Assembly: GCA_027080345.1 (NCBI GenBank)
Contig: JALWSB010000042.1
Location: 22,967-86,966 of the forward strand
Source: Robiginitomaculum sp.
GTDB lineage: Bacteria > Pseudomonadota > Alphaproteobacteria > Caulobacterales > Maricaulaceae
Direction: 5' to 3'
DNA length: 64,000 nt
In this document: positions 27,367 through 37,278 of the stretch, one piece after another
Numbering within the stretch: position 1 is the stretch's first letter
Layout of the letters: each line of letters starts with the position of its first letter
Notes under the pieces: generated by a model
What the model saw: only the letters and a program-made list of their open reading frames with translations
The model's database searches: none
Told to the model about the DNA's origin: nothing
Translations under genes and position numbers: made by a program

Positions 27367-28758
27367 TTAAAGCGCGCCTGCGGCCCGGCTGTCCCCCGGT
27401 TGCGGAACCTCCACGCCATGGCCGGCATAAAGTTTGAGTTTATTGCGCAAGGTTCTTATTGAAATGCCCAAAATATTCGCCGCATGGGTGCGGTTGCCAA
27501 GGCAGTGATCGAGCGTATCCAAAATAAGGTCCTGTTCGACCTGGGCCACGGTTTGCCCGACGACGCCCAGTGCGGCGCGCTGCGCCGCCCCGGCCGCATG
27601 ATGGCTCATTGCATTATCAGCGCCGTGCCCGGTATGGGTCGGCGCCGCGCCGATGACCGAGCCGTCAGGAGCACGTAAATCCTCTGCGGCAATAACATCG
27701 CCAGTAGCCAGAAGAACCGCACGATGCATGGAATTTTCCAGCTCCCGCACATTGCCCGGCCAGCTCCTGTTTAGCAGAACATGGCGCGCCTCATCGCTGA
27801 TCGGGCGCGCCGGAACGCCATTGGCCGCCGCGTACGTAGCGCAAAAATGATCGGCCAGGGCCACAATATCGCCGGGCCGTTCACGAAGCGGCGGCAATTG
27901 CACATTGATGACGTTCAGCCGAAAAAATAAATCTTCGCGAAAGCTGCCATCCGCGACCGCTTTTTGCAGATCGCGATTGGACGTTGCCAATACGCGAATA
28001 TCCACCTTGACCGGCTTGGTTCCGCCAACCCGGTCGATCTCGCGCTCTTGCAAGGCACGCAATAATTTGGCCTGCAGGCGCGTATCCATTTCGGAAATTT
28101 CATCGAGCAGCAACGTGCCGCCGCTGGCCTCTTCAAACTTGCCTACGCGGCGGGCAACCGCGCCGGTGAACGCGCCTTTTTCATGCCCGAACAATTCTGA
28201 TTCGAGCAAATTATCAGGAATCGCCGCACAGTTTATCGAGATAAAGGGTTTGGCCGCCCGTTTTGACTTGCTGTGAATATGCCGCGCGATCACTTCCTTG
28301 CCCGATCCCGATTCACCGGTAATCAAAATAGACGCATTCGACGGGGCCACCTGTTCGGCCAGATCAACAATTTTACGCATGACCGGATCGCGGGCAATCA
28401 TCGGGCGCGAGTCATCTGAAACCGCCGCCAAAACTGCCGCAATCAGCTCCGCATCCGGGGGCAAGGGAATAAATTCACGCGCCCCGGCACGGATGGAATC
28501 CGCCGCTTGCGTCGGTGTCGCTGACACACCGCAAGCAACGATTGGAATATGAATGCGTTCGTTTTGTAACGCCTCGTCCAGCGCCTTGATATCATGGCTG
28601 ACATCAACCATTAAGAGGTCCGCCCCCTGCCCGGCCCGCAAGGCCTTCAAGGCCGTCGCAACCCCATCCACATGGGCCACTTTTGCGCCGCTTTTGACGG
28701 CAATGGATGTGGCCTCGCCAAGCTGTCCGCCCAGACTGCCTATAATCAATACCCGCAT
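27367..28758 (-). CDS. flbD: Sigma-54-dependent flagellar transcriptional activator (FlbD/FleQ type)
   Basis: 463 aa. Atypical N-terminal receiver-like domain (no DD pocket: MRVLIIGSLGG), AAA+ core (GESGSGKE, GAFTGA, ESELFGHEKGAFTGA), and a C-terminal Fis-type HTH. AAGGAG RBS. Confidence 0.8.
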   Translation of the reverse strand: MRVLIIGSLGGQLGEATSIAVKSGAKVAHVDGVATALKALRAGQGADLLMVDVSHDIKALDEALQNERIHIPIVACGVSATPTQAADSIRAGAREFIPLPPDAELIAAVLAAVSDDSRPMIARDPVMRKIVDLAEQVAPSNASILITGESGSGKEVIARHIHSKSKRAAKPFISINCAAIPDNLLESELFGHEKGAFTGAVARRVGKFEEASGGTLLLDEISEMDTRLQAKLLRALQEREIDRVGGTKPVKVDIRVLATSNRDLQKAVADGSFREDLFFRLNVINVQLPPLRERPGDIVALADHFCATYAAANGVPARPISDEARHVLLNRSWPGNVRELENSMHRAVLLATGDVIAAEDLRAPDGSVIGAAPTHTGHGADNAMSHHAAGAAQRAALGVVGQTVAQVEQDLILDTLDHCLGNRTHAANILGISIRTLRNKLKLYAGHGVEVPQPGDSRAAGAL

Positions 28759-28785
28759 AATTTTCTCCTTCGTCGCCGCGCGCTA

Positions 28786-29202
28786 TCAGGCGCTGCCGTC
28801 GCCATCCTTAATGATTTCAGTCATCGTCACGCCAAGTTGATCTTCGATCACCACCACCTCACCGCGCGCCACCAAGCGATTATTCACATAGATATCGATG
28901 GCCTCGCCGACTTTGCGATCCATCTCCAGAACCGAACCATGTTTGAGGTTCAGCAATTCATTCACATCAATCTGGGTCCGTCCAAGCACTGCGGAAATGC
29001 GCACGGGGACATCAAAAACCGGCTCCAGATCGGCGGCAATTTTTTGCTCCTCGACTTCTGGAGCAATCTCCGCTGGCGGGGCGGGCGGCGCTGGCTGCGC
29101 AGCAGCTTGCGCGGCCTCATCGGCCGCCGCATCATCGGCAAAGTCTTCCAGTTTCAGATCCGAATCGGGATCGGTTTCCGCTTCGGTTTCAGAATCAGAC
29201 AT
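28786..29202 (-). CDS. fliN: Flagellar motor switch protein
   Basis: 138 aa. C-terminal SpoA domain (VRISAVLGRTQIDVNELLNLKHGSVLEMD...VARGEVVVIEDQLGV). Confidence 0.9.
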   Translation of the reverse strand: MSDSETEAETDPDSDLKLEDFADDAAADEAAQAAAQPAPPAPPAEIAPEVEEQKIAADLEPVFDVPVRISAVLGRTQIDVNELLNLKHGSVLEMDRKVGEAIDIYVNNRLVARGEVVVIEDQLGVTMTEIIKDGDGSA

Positions 29203-29890
29203 TATTCTGTTCTCCAGTTGGGTTCAGTGGCGCGGCGAAAAGATCGCCTTGCGCAGACTCTTCATATTCCATGGCGGCCAGCCAGCCGCGTATGGCCGCA
29301 TCAACCCTTTGCGCAATCTCTTCAGTATTGATGCAAACCTGCCCGTCAGCCCATTCAATGCTGACATCCCCGTGTTGTAATTCCGGGTCATCTGTAATCA
29401 GCAATGCGCCGACAAAATGTTCTTCCTTGCCCAGTTCGACAAGGCGCCCCCTGGCCTGCGGCGGCATATCCGGGGGACAGGAAATACGGATTTGCGGCGC
29501 GCCGCGCAAATCCTCAACCATGCTATGGATCAATTGGGTCACCCGCTCTTGCGGAAACCGCTCAAGCGCCGTGCCGGCAATTTTGCGGGCCGCCACCAAA
29601 ACCAACTCCATTGCCTGGTTGCGACAGTGATCGCTTTGTGTTTTCAGATCCCCAAGCATCTGCGTGCATTTATCGGATATTTGCGCCAAATGCGCGACAG
29701 CCTCGGTGTCCTGAAGCGCTATTTCATCTTTGCGCCCGGCCTCATAAGCGGCCGCGCGCACCTCTTCAACTTCTTCTTTGGTATAGCTTTGACGCCATTT
29801 ATCACCATCCCGCAAAACCTGCCCATCAGCGTCAAACACTGTGGAAAAGGAGAATTTCTGCGGGCTTTTTTTTGTGCTTTTCGTGACCAT
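29195..29890 (-). CDS. fliH: Flagellar assembly protein FliH-like
   Basis: 231 aa between fliG and fliN. FliH-like charged central helix. Overlaps the fliN start by 8 nt. Confidence 0.6.
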   Translation of the reverse strand: MVTKSTKKSPQKFSFSTVFDADGQVLRDGDKWRQSYTKEEVEEVRAAAYEAGRKDEIALQDTEAVAHLAQISDKCTQMLGDLKTQSDHCRNQAMELVLVAARKIAGTALERFPQERVTQLIHSMVEDLRGAPQIRISCPPDMPPQARGRLVELGKEEHFVGALLITDDPELQHGDVSIEWADGQVCINTEEIAQRVDAAIRGWLAAMEYEESAQGDLFAAPLNPTGEQNNV

Positions 29891-29891
29891 T

Positions 29892-30926
29892 TTAATAAAT
29901 CAACTCATCATCCGCGCCGCCATCGGCAAGCAGAATTTCGCCCTTGGCAGCCAGATCCTTGGCCATATTGACCATGGCCTGTTGCGCCGCTTCAACGTCT
30001 TTAAGACGCACCGGCCCCATGGCCTCCATATCTTCACGCAGGATTTTGGCGGCACGCTCGGACATGTTGGAGAAGAAAAGATCGCGCAAGGTTTCCGACG
30101 CCCCCTTCATGGCCAGGCCCAATTGTTCCTTGTCAACCGCCCGCAACAATGTTTGCGCGCCACCCGGATCCAGCTTTTGCAAATCTTCAAAAACAAACAT
30201 CAAGGAGCGGATACGTTCAGAGGCGTCCCGGTTACGCTCTTCCAATGCCGCCAGAAAACGGTTCTCTGTCTGGCGGTCAAAATTATTAAAAATTTCCGCC
30301 ATCATTTCATGGCTGTCGCGTGAAGATGTGCGGGCCAGATTGGACATAAATTCGCGCCGCAATGTGGATTCAATTTCGTTCAGAATATCCCGCTGAACCG
30401 GCTCCATCCGCAACATGCGGGTAACAACCTCCAGTGAAAAATCCTCTGGCAAAGCGCTTAACACCCGCGCGGCATGGTCCGTTTTGACCTTGGAAAGAAC
30501 AACCGCAACCGTTTGCGGATATTCGTTTTTAAGATAATTGGCCAACACGCTTTCATTGATATTACCCAGCTTGTCCCACATGGTCCGCCCGGCCGGACCA
30601 CGAATTTCCTCCATGACCGTATCGACCTTGTCTTCGGGAAGAAAACTGGCGAGCAGACGCTGTGTGGCATCATAAGAGCCTGAAACAGACCCGGTTGATG
30701 ACATCTGGCTGACGAAATCAACAATCAGATTCTCAACGGCTGATGAAGTGACCGTGCCCAGGTTTGACATGGCTTGAGAGACTTCCTTGATCTCCTCGTC
30801 ATCCATAAGCTCCCACATTTTGTGGTGCTCTTCACCAAGCGACAACAAAATAATGGCCGCCTTGTCCGGACCGCTCAGGCGGCTGATATCACTGATTGGC
30901 GCACGTTTTTTGGAAGGAGGTGCCAT
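29892..30926 (-). CDS. fliG: Flagellar motor switch protein
   Basis: 344 aa. The FliG N, middle and C domains are recognisable ([15 protein letters not shown]..., EDL...GAQTLLRAV...). Confidence 0.93.
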   Translation of the reverse strand: MAPPSKKRAPISDISRLSGPDKAAIILLSLGEEHHKMWELMDDEEIKEVSQAMSNLGTVTSSAVENLIVDFVSQMSSTGSVSGSYDATQRLLASFLPEDKVDTVMEEIRGPAGRTMWDKLGNINESVLANYLKNEYPQTVAVVLSKVKTDHAARVLSALPEDFSLEVVTRMLRMEPVQRDILNEIESTLRREFMSNLARTSSRDSHEMMAEIFNNFDRQTENRFLAALEERNRDASERIRSLMFVFEDLQKLDPGGAQTLLRAVDKEQLGLAMKGASETLRDLFFSNMSERAAKILREDMEAMGPVRLKDVEAAQQAMVNMAKDLAAKGEILLADGGADDELIY

Positions 30927-30929
30927 AGT

Positions 30930-32573
30930 CTATTCCTCGTGCAGCCAGGTGCGTAAAATAGACATGGCTTCATCAGGGTGAGAATCAACTATTTTCGCCA
31001 CCTTTTTAACCGATGACACTTTCACCTGGCCTTGAATTCTGGCCACATCAATGCTGTCATTATCATCATCGCCCGCCGTCGGTGCCGGCAGAATTGCCGG
31101 GGTCCCTGATTCATCAACCGCGGCGACAGAGCCAGGCAATTGCGGTAAATCAGTATTGCCGGCCGCCAAGGCGCCACCGGCAAGCACCGGACCACCACCA
31201 CCAAGACCGGTAATTAGTGGCTTGCCGATAAAAATCATCAAGGCAATGGACACAACAGCCAGAATAAACAATTCCAACCCCCGCATAATATCGTTCTTGT
31301 CGAAAGAAAATTTCGATGGCGGCGGCACATCACCCAATGGGGCCGGGCGGGAAAACCGCACATTGGTCACGGTAACCGCATCTTTACGGGCCGGATCAAA
31401 TCCCATTGCCGATTTTACCAATGCCTCAATCTGGCTCATTTCATCGGCGCTACGCGGCGTATACACTTGTTTACCATCGGCATCGGTGCGCAAAGAGCCA
31501 TCAACAACCACAGCCACAGACAGGCGGGTAATTGCCCCGGCCTGACGGATCACCGTACGATCCGTTTTCGAGTTCCCGTAATTCAGAATTTCACTGTTGC
31601 GCGATGTCGCCGCGCGGGTCTTGGGGCCATCGCTTGTATCTTTTTTTGCTGACGGCACATTGCTGCCGACAGAAACACCGCCGGCGTTCTCATTTTGCAC
31701 ATCATCGCTGGTTTCCTCGGTAGTGTCGCTGGAGACAATCACCCGACCTTCAGGATCATAAACCGTCGAGGTCTCAGTCACCCTGTTCATATCAAGAACC
31801 GCAGCGACCTGTACCTGCACCCCATCCGAACCGGTAATCGGCTGCAACATGGATTTAATCTTTTTGCTGATGGCCATTTCAACCATAGTGCGCTGGCCAT
31901 CACCAAGGTCCGTACCGTTTTCATCGTTTTGCGGCTTGGCCAACAACCGCCCGCTCTCATCAGCGACCGTAACACCTCCGGCTTTCAGACCCGGAACGGC
32001 ACTGGCCACAAGCTGGCGAATGGCACGTGTCTGGCTGGCGCCAATAACATTATCCTGCAATCGAATAACAACAGAGGCTTTTGGCGCGCTGCTTTCGCGT
32101 TGAAACAGTGTTCTTTGCGGCAGAACCAGCAGAACCCGCGCCGCACTCACCCCGTCCAGGGTGGTAATTGTACGTTCCAACTCCCCCTGCAAGGCCCGCA
32201 ATTGCGCCATATTCTGGGAAAACCCGGTTTGCCCAATGGTGGAACTTTTATCAAATATTTCATAACCCATCGACCCGGAACTGGGCAGATTGTCTTTGGC
32301 CAGCGCCATGCGCGCTTCCATAACCTTTTTACGCGGCACAAAAATCGCCGACCCGCCACCCCTTAGATCATAAGCAACACCCATCTGATCAAGCTTGGCG
32401 GTCATGACGCTGGCCTCTTTAAGGTCCAGACCGGAAAACAGCAATGCTTTTTCGGGAGAGCCTATCCGAAAGGACATCATCAAAAGCGCCATTGTAACAC
32501 CAATGGTAATGCCCATGATGATAATCAGGCGGGTTGGCCCGAGACGGGTCAGTGTTGCCAGTAAAGAATTCAC
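30930..32573 (-). CDS. fliF: Flagellar MS-ring protein
   Basis: YscJ/FliF family. TTG start 32606 trimmed to GTG 32573 (MNSLLATLTRLGPTRL), which has an AGGAAA RBS. Confidence 0.9.
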   Translation of the reverse strand: MNSLLATLTRLGPTRLIIIMGITIGVTMALLMMSFRIGSPEKALLFSGLDLKEASVMTAKLDQMGVAYDLRGGGSAIFVPRKKVMEARMALAKDNLPSSGSMGYEIFDKSSTIGQTGFSQNMAQLRALQGELERTITTLDGVSAARVLLVLPQRTLFQRESSAPKASVVIRLQDNVIGASQTRAIRQLVASAVPGLKAGGVTVADESGRLLAKPQNDENGTDLGDGQRTMVEMAISKKIKSMLQPITGSDGVQVQVAAVLDMNRVTETSTVYDPEGRVIVSSDTTEETSDDVQNENAGGVSVGSNVPSAKKDTSDGPKTRAATSRNSEILNYGNSKTDRTVIRQAGAITRLSVAVVVDGSLRTDADGKQVYTPRSADEMSQIEALVKSAMGFDPARKDAVTVTNVRFSRPAPLGDVPPPSKFSFDKNDIMRGLELFILAVVSIALMIFIGKPLITGLGGGGPVLAGGALAAGNTDLPQLPGSVAAVDESGTPAILPAPTAGDDDNDSIDVARIQGQVKVSSVKKVAKIVDSHPDEAMSILRTWLHEE

Positions 32574-32632
32574 GGTTCTGCATTTCCTGCTATCAAGACC
32601 ATTCAACTAGGCAGTAATTTCCCACCTCGTCG

Positions 32633-32648
32633 TAAACGCATGCTTAAC
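32633..32648 (+). promoter_or_regulatory. CtrA-box-like element upstream of fliF (TAAA-N7-TTAAC)
   Basis: TAAACGCATGCTTAAC, 60-75 nt upstream of the fliF GTG. One mismatch to TTAA-N7-TTAAC. Orientation is opposite to the gene. Confidence 0.3.
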
Positions 32649-32675
32649 AAAACAGCCGAACCGCTTGAAAATGTG

Positions 32676-32705
32676 AAAAAAAGGTCAGGTTTTTACACCT
32701 GACCT
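32676..32705 (-). terminator. Rho-independent terminator after the sciP-like gene
   Basis: On the minus strand: AGGTCAGG-(8-nt loop)-CCTGACCT followed by T7. Confidence 0.75.
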
Positions 32706-32745
32706 TCTCGTATCGGATTATTGGACATTAATCATCACATTTGCG

Positions 32746-33051
32746 CTAGCGATAATCCTGTACTTTTGTTGCCCGCAGACCGGCTAATCCATGCTTGTCG
32801 ATCATATGCTGCCAGCCAACAAACTCTTCAACTGTCAAACGATAGCGGCGACAGGCATCTTCCAGCGTCAAAAGCCCGCCGCGCACCGCAGCCACAACCT
32901 CTGCCTTACGCCGGATGACCCAACGTCGGGTTTCCGGTTTGGGCAGATCGGCCAGCGTCAAAGGACTGCCGTCCGGCCCAAGTACCAGCGTTTCTCTTGT
33001 TTTGCGTGCGTAACCCATTTCACCATACCCCATTGTTTTTTGTTCGGACAT
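32746..33051 (-). CDS. sciP: SciP-like small HTH protein (DUF1153 family; CtrA-associated regulator in Caulobacter)
   Basis: 101 aa. RRWVIRRKAEVVAAVRGGLLTLEDACRRYRLTVEEFVGWQ matches my memory of SciP/DUF1153. It sits between fliF and flgE as in Caulobacter and has its own terminator. Confidence 0.6.
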   Translation of the reverse strand: MSEQKTMGYGEMGYARKTRETLVLGPDGSPLTLADLPKPETRRWVIRRKAEVVAAVRGGLLTLEDACRRYRLTVEEFVGWQHMIDKHGLAGLRATKVQDYR

Positions 33052-33188
33052 TTTTGTCTCTGCCCCTGACCATAGGGACAGAGTTTAAATATCTGACGAA
33101 TGAAGCTGGTGAATTTCTTGGCAAGATGAAGCCTAAAATTTTACTCAAAATCATCTCTCCTCATGGATTAAGACCCTGCGACCCGACG

Positions 33189-34574
33189 TTACCGTTTGAT
33201 CCTGATCAACTCGTCCAGCATTTCGTCAGCTGTGGTGATGATCCGCGATGATGCCGAATAGGCCCGTTGCACGGTGATCAGATTGGTAAACTCCTTGGCC
33301 AGATCAACATTTGACCCTTCCAGGGTTTGCGAGGCGATTTTACCAACGCCCTGCCCGGCTGCTTTCAGATTTAAAGAGCCTGAATCATTACCGACGCTAT
33401 AGGCGTCACCATCTTCGGCGCGCAGGCCATTGGGGTTAATGAATGTCGCCAGAGGCAATTGATAAATTTTCTTGATCACGCCGTTAGAGAAATTCGCCGT
33501 GACAAAACCGTCATCGGAAATATCGATACCCGAAAGACTGCCAAAAACAGCGCCATCAACAAGGGCCGAATCCAGAACCGATGGGGAATCGAACTGTGTC
33601 AGACCATTTGTGCTGCCCGAACTGCCAAGATCCAAAGACACGGTTTGCGCCGCTATACCTTCTGCGGTGGCCCATTTAACCTGCCCAGCCCCCGGCGCCC
33701 CGGCGCTTGAAGCCAAAAAGCTCAAAGTTGAGGGCAGTGTTGAGTTTGCCGCATCAAATTTCCCGGTGGCATCAAAAGCAACAGTCCCCACAGCGACCTG
33801 ACCATCAACAAGGCCGGTACCTGTGGTAACGTCACTGGCCGGGCTGGCGTAAACTTCGGTATGCCAAAGATTTGGCGACGTGGCGTCCTTCAAAAACCCG
33901 ACGTTCAAATTACGCACACCGCCCTGGGAATCAAAAATCTGGATGGTTCTGACAAAATCCGGTGTCACCGCACCCGATGCCATATTGGTTGCCGACACTG
34001 TTGAGGCATAAGTCGCAGCGGCCGCAGAAGGCGTCTGGCTGGCTTTCAGATTGGCATTAATCTGGACATTGGCGGTGGCCTCGGCGGCGCCACTTACCGA
34101 CGCAATATTGACCGTTGAAAGGGCCGTCGTATCAGAGGCATTCGTTACAAACGTACCGTCGGCCTTGGCCGCCCAACCACGCAGATAATAACCCGCCGCA
34201 TTGCGCAGATTACCGGTTTCATCTGCTGAGAAAGCACCGGCGCGGGTGAAGCGTAACACATCACCGGTGCTGCCATTCACCGCGTCAGTACCAACAACAA
34301 AAAACCCGCTGCCGGCAACCGCAAGGTCGGTATTTGACGAAGAACTTTGTAATTGTCCCTGCGCATCAACCAGGCGTTGGGCAGATGTATTCACCCCCGC
34401 GCCCGCATCAAGCGGGTTGGCATTTGACGTCGTTACCAGCGAAGAAAAGTCCGCGCGGGTACGTTTAAATCCAATTGTATTGACGTTGGCGATATTATTC
34501 GAAACACCGCTGAGCGCTGAAGAATTAGCCCGCAGGCCGGCAACGCCGATGGTCAAAGCTGAGTAAAGTGACAT
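33189..34574 (-). CDS. flgE: Flagellar hook protein
   Basis: 461 aa. Conserved rod/hook termini (MSLYSALTIGVAGLRAN...NNIANVNTIGFKR; C-terminal ...TVQRAYSASSRIITTADEML). Confidence 0.93.
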   Translation of the reverse strand: MSLYSALTIGVAGLRANSSALSGVSNNIANVNTIGFKRTRADFSSLVTTSNANPLDAGAGVNTSAQRLVDAQGQLQSSSSNTDLAVAGSGFFVVGTDAVNGSTGDVLRFTRAGAFSADETGNLRNAAGYYLRGWAAKADGTFVTNASDTTALSTVNIASVSGAAEATANVQINANLKASQTPSAAAATYASTVSATNMASGAVTPDFVRTIQIFDSQGGVRNLNVGFLKDATSPNLWHTEVYASPASDVTTGTGLVDGQVAVGTVAFDATGKFDAANSTLPSTLSFLASSAGAPGAGQVKWATAEGIAAQTVSLDLGSSGSTNGLTQFDSPSVLDSALVDGAVFGSLSGIDISDDGFVTANFSNGVIKKIYQLPLATFINPNGLRAEDGDAYSVGNDSGSLNLKAAGQGVGKIASQTLEGSNVDLAKEFTNLITVQRAYSASSRIITTADEMLDELIRIKR

Positions 34575-34650
34575 GGGTAGGCTCCTTTATGTTCACCCGA
34601 TTGTGGAGCTTCTGCTTGTTGCAGACCGGTTCCCGGCCCGTTGATTGAAT

Positions 34651-35313
34651 TTAAGCGTCGGCACTAACCGACAAGACTTGTGAAAATGGCAGGCGTAACG
34701 AACCGGCCTGCAAGACCGGTTGATCGCCGGAGAAATCTGCACCGGTAATGGTCACACTGACCGAAACCGGCACGGTAAGAAGGGCATTATTGGCATCAAG
34801 GGCACTGGCTTCCAGCGTGTATGCTCCATCGGCCAGAAGATTGCCGGCATTGTCGCGGCCATCCCAAACAAAGCTTTGCGCGCCCGGTGCGGTTGCACCA
34901 TCCGTCTGGAATACCACCTTGCCGCCGGCATCCTTGACAATCAAAGATGAACTGACCGCCCCATCAGGGAGTGTGTAATCCCATTGTGCCGCGCCATTTT
35001 GTAAAGTCGCCGTATCATTAAGAACCGTTGCGGTTTTGCCGATAAAGGCCACGGCGGATGTGGCGGCACTGGTCGCGCTCTGGCTAATCAGTGATTCCAG
35101 ATTGCGGTTTTGATTAATTTGCTGCTCGACGTTTGAAAACTGTACAAGCTGGCCAACAAACTCCGTTGAATCGAGCGGGCTGAGCGGATCCTGATTTTTC
35201 AACTGCTCGGTCAACAGCGTTAAAAATGTATCGAAATTATTGGCCAGCCCGCTGCCTGCGGTCTGCGCCTGAGCGGGCGTTGAAATTTGTCCCAATCCAC
35301 TTAATGCTGGCAT
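34651..35313 (-). CDS. flgD: Flagellar hook capping protein
   Basis: 220 aa. FDTFLTLLTEQLKNQDPLSPLDSTEFVGQLVQFSNVEQ is the FlgD signature. Confidence 0.9.
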   Translation of the reverse strand: MPALSGLGQISTPAQAQTAGSGLANNFDTFLTLLTEQLKNQDPLSPLDSTEFVGQLVQFSNVEQQINQNRNLESLISQSATSAATSAVAFIGKTATVLNDTATLQNGAAQWDYTLPDGAVSSSLIVKDAGGKVVFQTDGATAPGAQSFVWDGRDNAGNLLADGAYTLEASALDANNALLTVPVSVSVTITGADFSGDQPVLQAGSLRLPFSQVLSVSADA

Positions 35314-35322
35314 TTTAACGTC

Positions 35323-36984
35323 CTATATATGTACATCAACGCGGCCATCAGCCACACGGTCGAGACCATAACCAAGATCAATCCGGGCCGTGGTCACAGG
35401 GTCAATATCGAGGTGCTCAGGCAGGCGGGCGTAAGAAAAAGAGGGTGCAAAACCACCCTGATTCTCCTGGCCGCCTTGCGCGCCACTATGATCAAGCGAA
35501 AAGCTCAAATCGCCCGGATCAAGATCGAAGCCCTGATCGACCAAAGCGCGGCGCAACCCATCAGCGCCTTTTTGTAAATCTGCCAGAACCTCCGGTCGAT
35601 GCGTGCTGAGCACCGCCTCGACCCGATTATCCGGGCTGACATCAATGCGCACTTTCACCCGGCCAAGCTCTGCCGGGTCAAGGCGCATCTCAAAACGTGT
35701 ATTGCCATTTTGGGCGCGGGCCGCCAGACGCGTTGCCAGATGCGCCAGTGCCGCCGCATCAAGGCGCGGGGCGTGGTTTGCATGTGCTGCATTTTGCGGT
35801 GTCGGCGAAACGTGCGCCCGGCTTGTCAGATTTCCATTCTGATCAACGGAAGAACCCGTAACGGACCCCGAAGCACCCGGATCAAAAGCCAGACCGTCAG
35901 CCTGCCCTCCGCCACCTTGCGCAGGCGCTGAAGAGGCAATTGGGGCATCGCCAGCAAAGTTTTGTTTGCTGTTCAGCGCCGCCGCCTCAAGAGGGAGCGT
36001 TGCCAGACCGGCTTTTTGCGTCTGCGCGGCGGCCAAAAGTGCTTGCGTATTGGCCGGTGATGCACTTGTCGTGCCTTTGGCCTGCGCCCCTGAAGAAGTT
36101 GCGCTGGCGGTCTTCTTGCCATTAACAGAAGCGCCAAAGGCGCGCGGCTTTGCCGCCGTCAATGCCGATGGGGCCGGTGAAGCCGCCTGGGCAAATGACA
36201 GGGTGGGGGTCGTGCCCACAGTACTGGCACCCGCGTTGGCAGTCGCTTGTCCGGCACGCGCCAGAATGTGCGCTGATAAAGGTGTTGAGCCCTGGCTCTG
36301 AGGTTGTTCTACGCGCGAAAATAATCCTGCCTGATCAGACACCTTTGTCAAATCGGGTACAGCCACGCCCTTTATAACCGTTTGATTTTTGGCCTCTTGC
36401 CCAAGAGCGCCCGGGTTTTGCTGTTTTTGCGACCCGCTTTTCACCAAGGGGGCAGAATTGGGTTGCACTGCCGCATTGATCTGATCCGAGACAAGAGATT
36501 GAGCAAAAATACCATCACGCAGATTGGTAGCGGTTTGCGCCACCGGCCTGAAGGCCGCTTGGCCGTCACCGTCTGTTGTCAGGAGCGGCTTTGTTTGCCC
36601 CCCCTCAGCGCCAGACACGCCTTTGGCCCCACCCTTCACCGCCGCTATCGCGGGGGTATTTTGCGCCGCCGCCGGTGGAATGAGAAAAGTACCGGCAAGC
36701 AATGCCGCAGCTTTCTGATCCTCTGATGCACCGTCTTGCGATATCAACGCACTGTCTGATGCGCCGCCTTGCGATATCAGCGCGCTGTCTGGTGTTATTT
36801 TTTGGGTTTTTTGTCCTTGCCCTGCGCTGGTTGATTTTGCGCCCGCTGCCGTCACCAGTGCTGCGAACGCCGCCCGGTCCGCACCATCACCACCAGACAC
36901 CCCTTTGGTCACACCCTTCGCCGCCGCTGCCCCAGGGGACGTCGGGGAGAGTAACCCGGCAATTTGTGACGCTGCACTGCTCAT
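35323..36984 (-). CDS. fliK: Flagellar hook-length control protein FliK-like
   Basis: 553 aa. Low-complexity Ala/Gly/Gln-rich N-terminal part and a C-terminal Flg_hook-type domain (RFEMRLDPAELGRVKVRIDV...VLSTHRPEVLADLQ). Confidence 0.7.
   Translation of the reverse strand: MSSAASQIAGLLSPTSPGAAAAKGVTKGVSGGDGADRAAFAALVTAAGAKSTSAGQGQKTQKITPDSALISQGGASDSALISQDGASEDQKAAALLAGTFLIPPAAAQNTPAIAAVKGGAKGVSGAEGGQTKPLLTTDGDGQAAFRPVAQTATNLRDGIFAQSLVSDQINAAVQPNSAPLVKSGSQKQQNPGALGQEAKNQTVIKGVAVPDLTKVSDQAGLFSRVEQPQSQGSTPLSAHILARAGQATANAGASTVGTTPTLSFAQAASPAPSALTAAKPRAFGASVNGKKTASATSSGAQAKGTTSASPANTQALLAAAQTQKAGLATLPLEAAALNSKQNFAGDAPIASSAPAQGGGGQADGLAFDPGASGSVTGSSVDQNGNLTSRAHVSPTPQNAAHANHAPRLDAAALAHLATRLAARAQNGNTRFEMRLDPAELGRVKVRIDVSPDNRVEAVLSTHRPEVLADLQKGADGLRRALVDQGFDLDPGDLSFSLDHSGAQGGQENQGGFAPSFSYARLPEHLDIDPVTTARIDLGYGLDRVADGRVDVHI
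36723..36788 (-). repeat. Two tandem 33-nt units inside fliK (11-aa repeat DSALISQ[G/D]GAS)
   Basis: 36723-36755 and 36756-36788 differ at a few positions. In frame. Confidence 0.8.
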
Positions 36985-37088
36985 CTGTGTTCACACACTC
37001 TTTTCTTTGTCGCGGCCCTTTATCGGTACGCTGTTATATGGAGGGCCGCCCGGATCGTTTTTCCGGCGCACGCCTGTTGCCGATCAGA

Positions 37089-37104
37089 AGCAATCTTTGG
37101 ACCA
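37089..37104 (-). promoter_or_regulatory. Sigma-54-type promoter for fliK-flgD-flgE
   Basis: The minus strand reads TGGTCC-AAAGA-TTGCT (GG-N10-GC spacing correct), about 105 nt upstream of the fliK ATG. Confidence 0.55.
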
Positions 37105-37136
37105 TTTATTACAATCAACACAACTATATGTTTTTA

Positions 37137-37160
37137 TTAACCTTTATTCGTTATGGTTAA
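37137..37160. promoter_or_regulatory. Inverted pair of CtrA-type half-sites between the divergent sigma-54 promoters
   Basis: ATTAACC-N12-GGTTAAT. The minus-strand arm reads as a perfect TTAACCAT (37160-37153) and the plus arm reads TTAACCTT (37137-37144). Confidence 0.35.
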
Positions 37161-37262
37161 TGAATATAAAAGAACCGGCGGCGCTTTTTGCCCGGAAGAA
37201 CCCGGCCCATGGTGCATTTTTGCCGAGCATCTGGATCAAATGTCAAAACCCTGTTGGCCAGT

Positions 37263-37278
37263 TGGCCCGGGCTTTGCG
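37263..37278 (+). promoter_or_regulatory. Sigma-54-type promoter for flgK-flgL
   Basis: TGGCCC-GGGCT-TTGCG (GG-N10-GC spacing correct), about 190 nt upstream of the flgK ATG. Confidence 0.55.

Noticed and set aside
37210-37224. TGGTGC-ATTTT-TGCC, resembling a sigma-54 promoter upstream of flgK.
   Set aside because: The GG to GC spacing is one nucleotide short of the invariant register. The properly spaced site at 37263-37278 is preferred.
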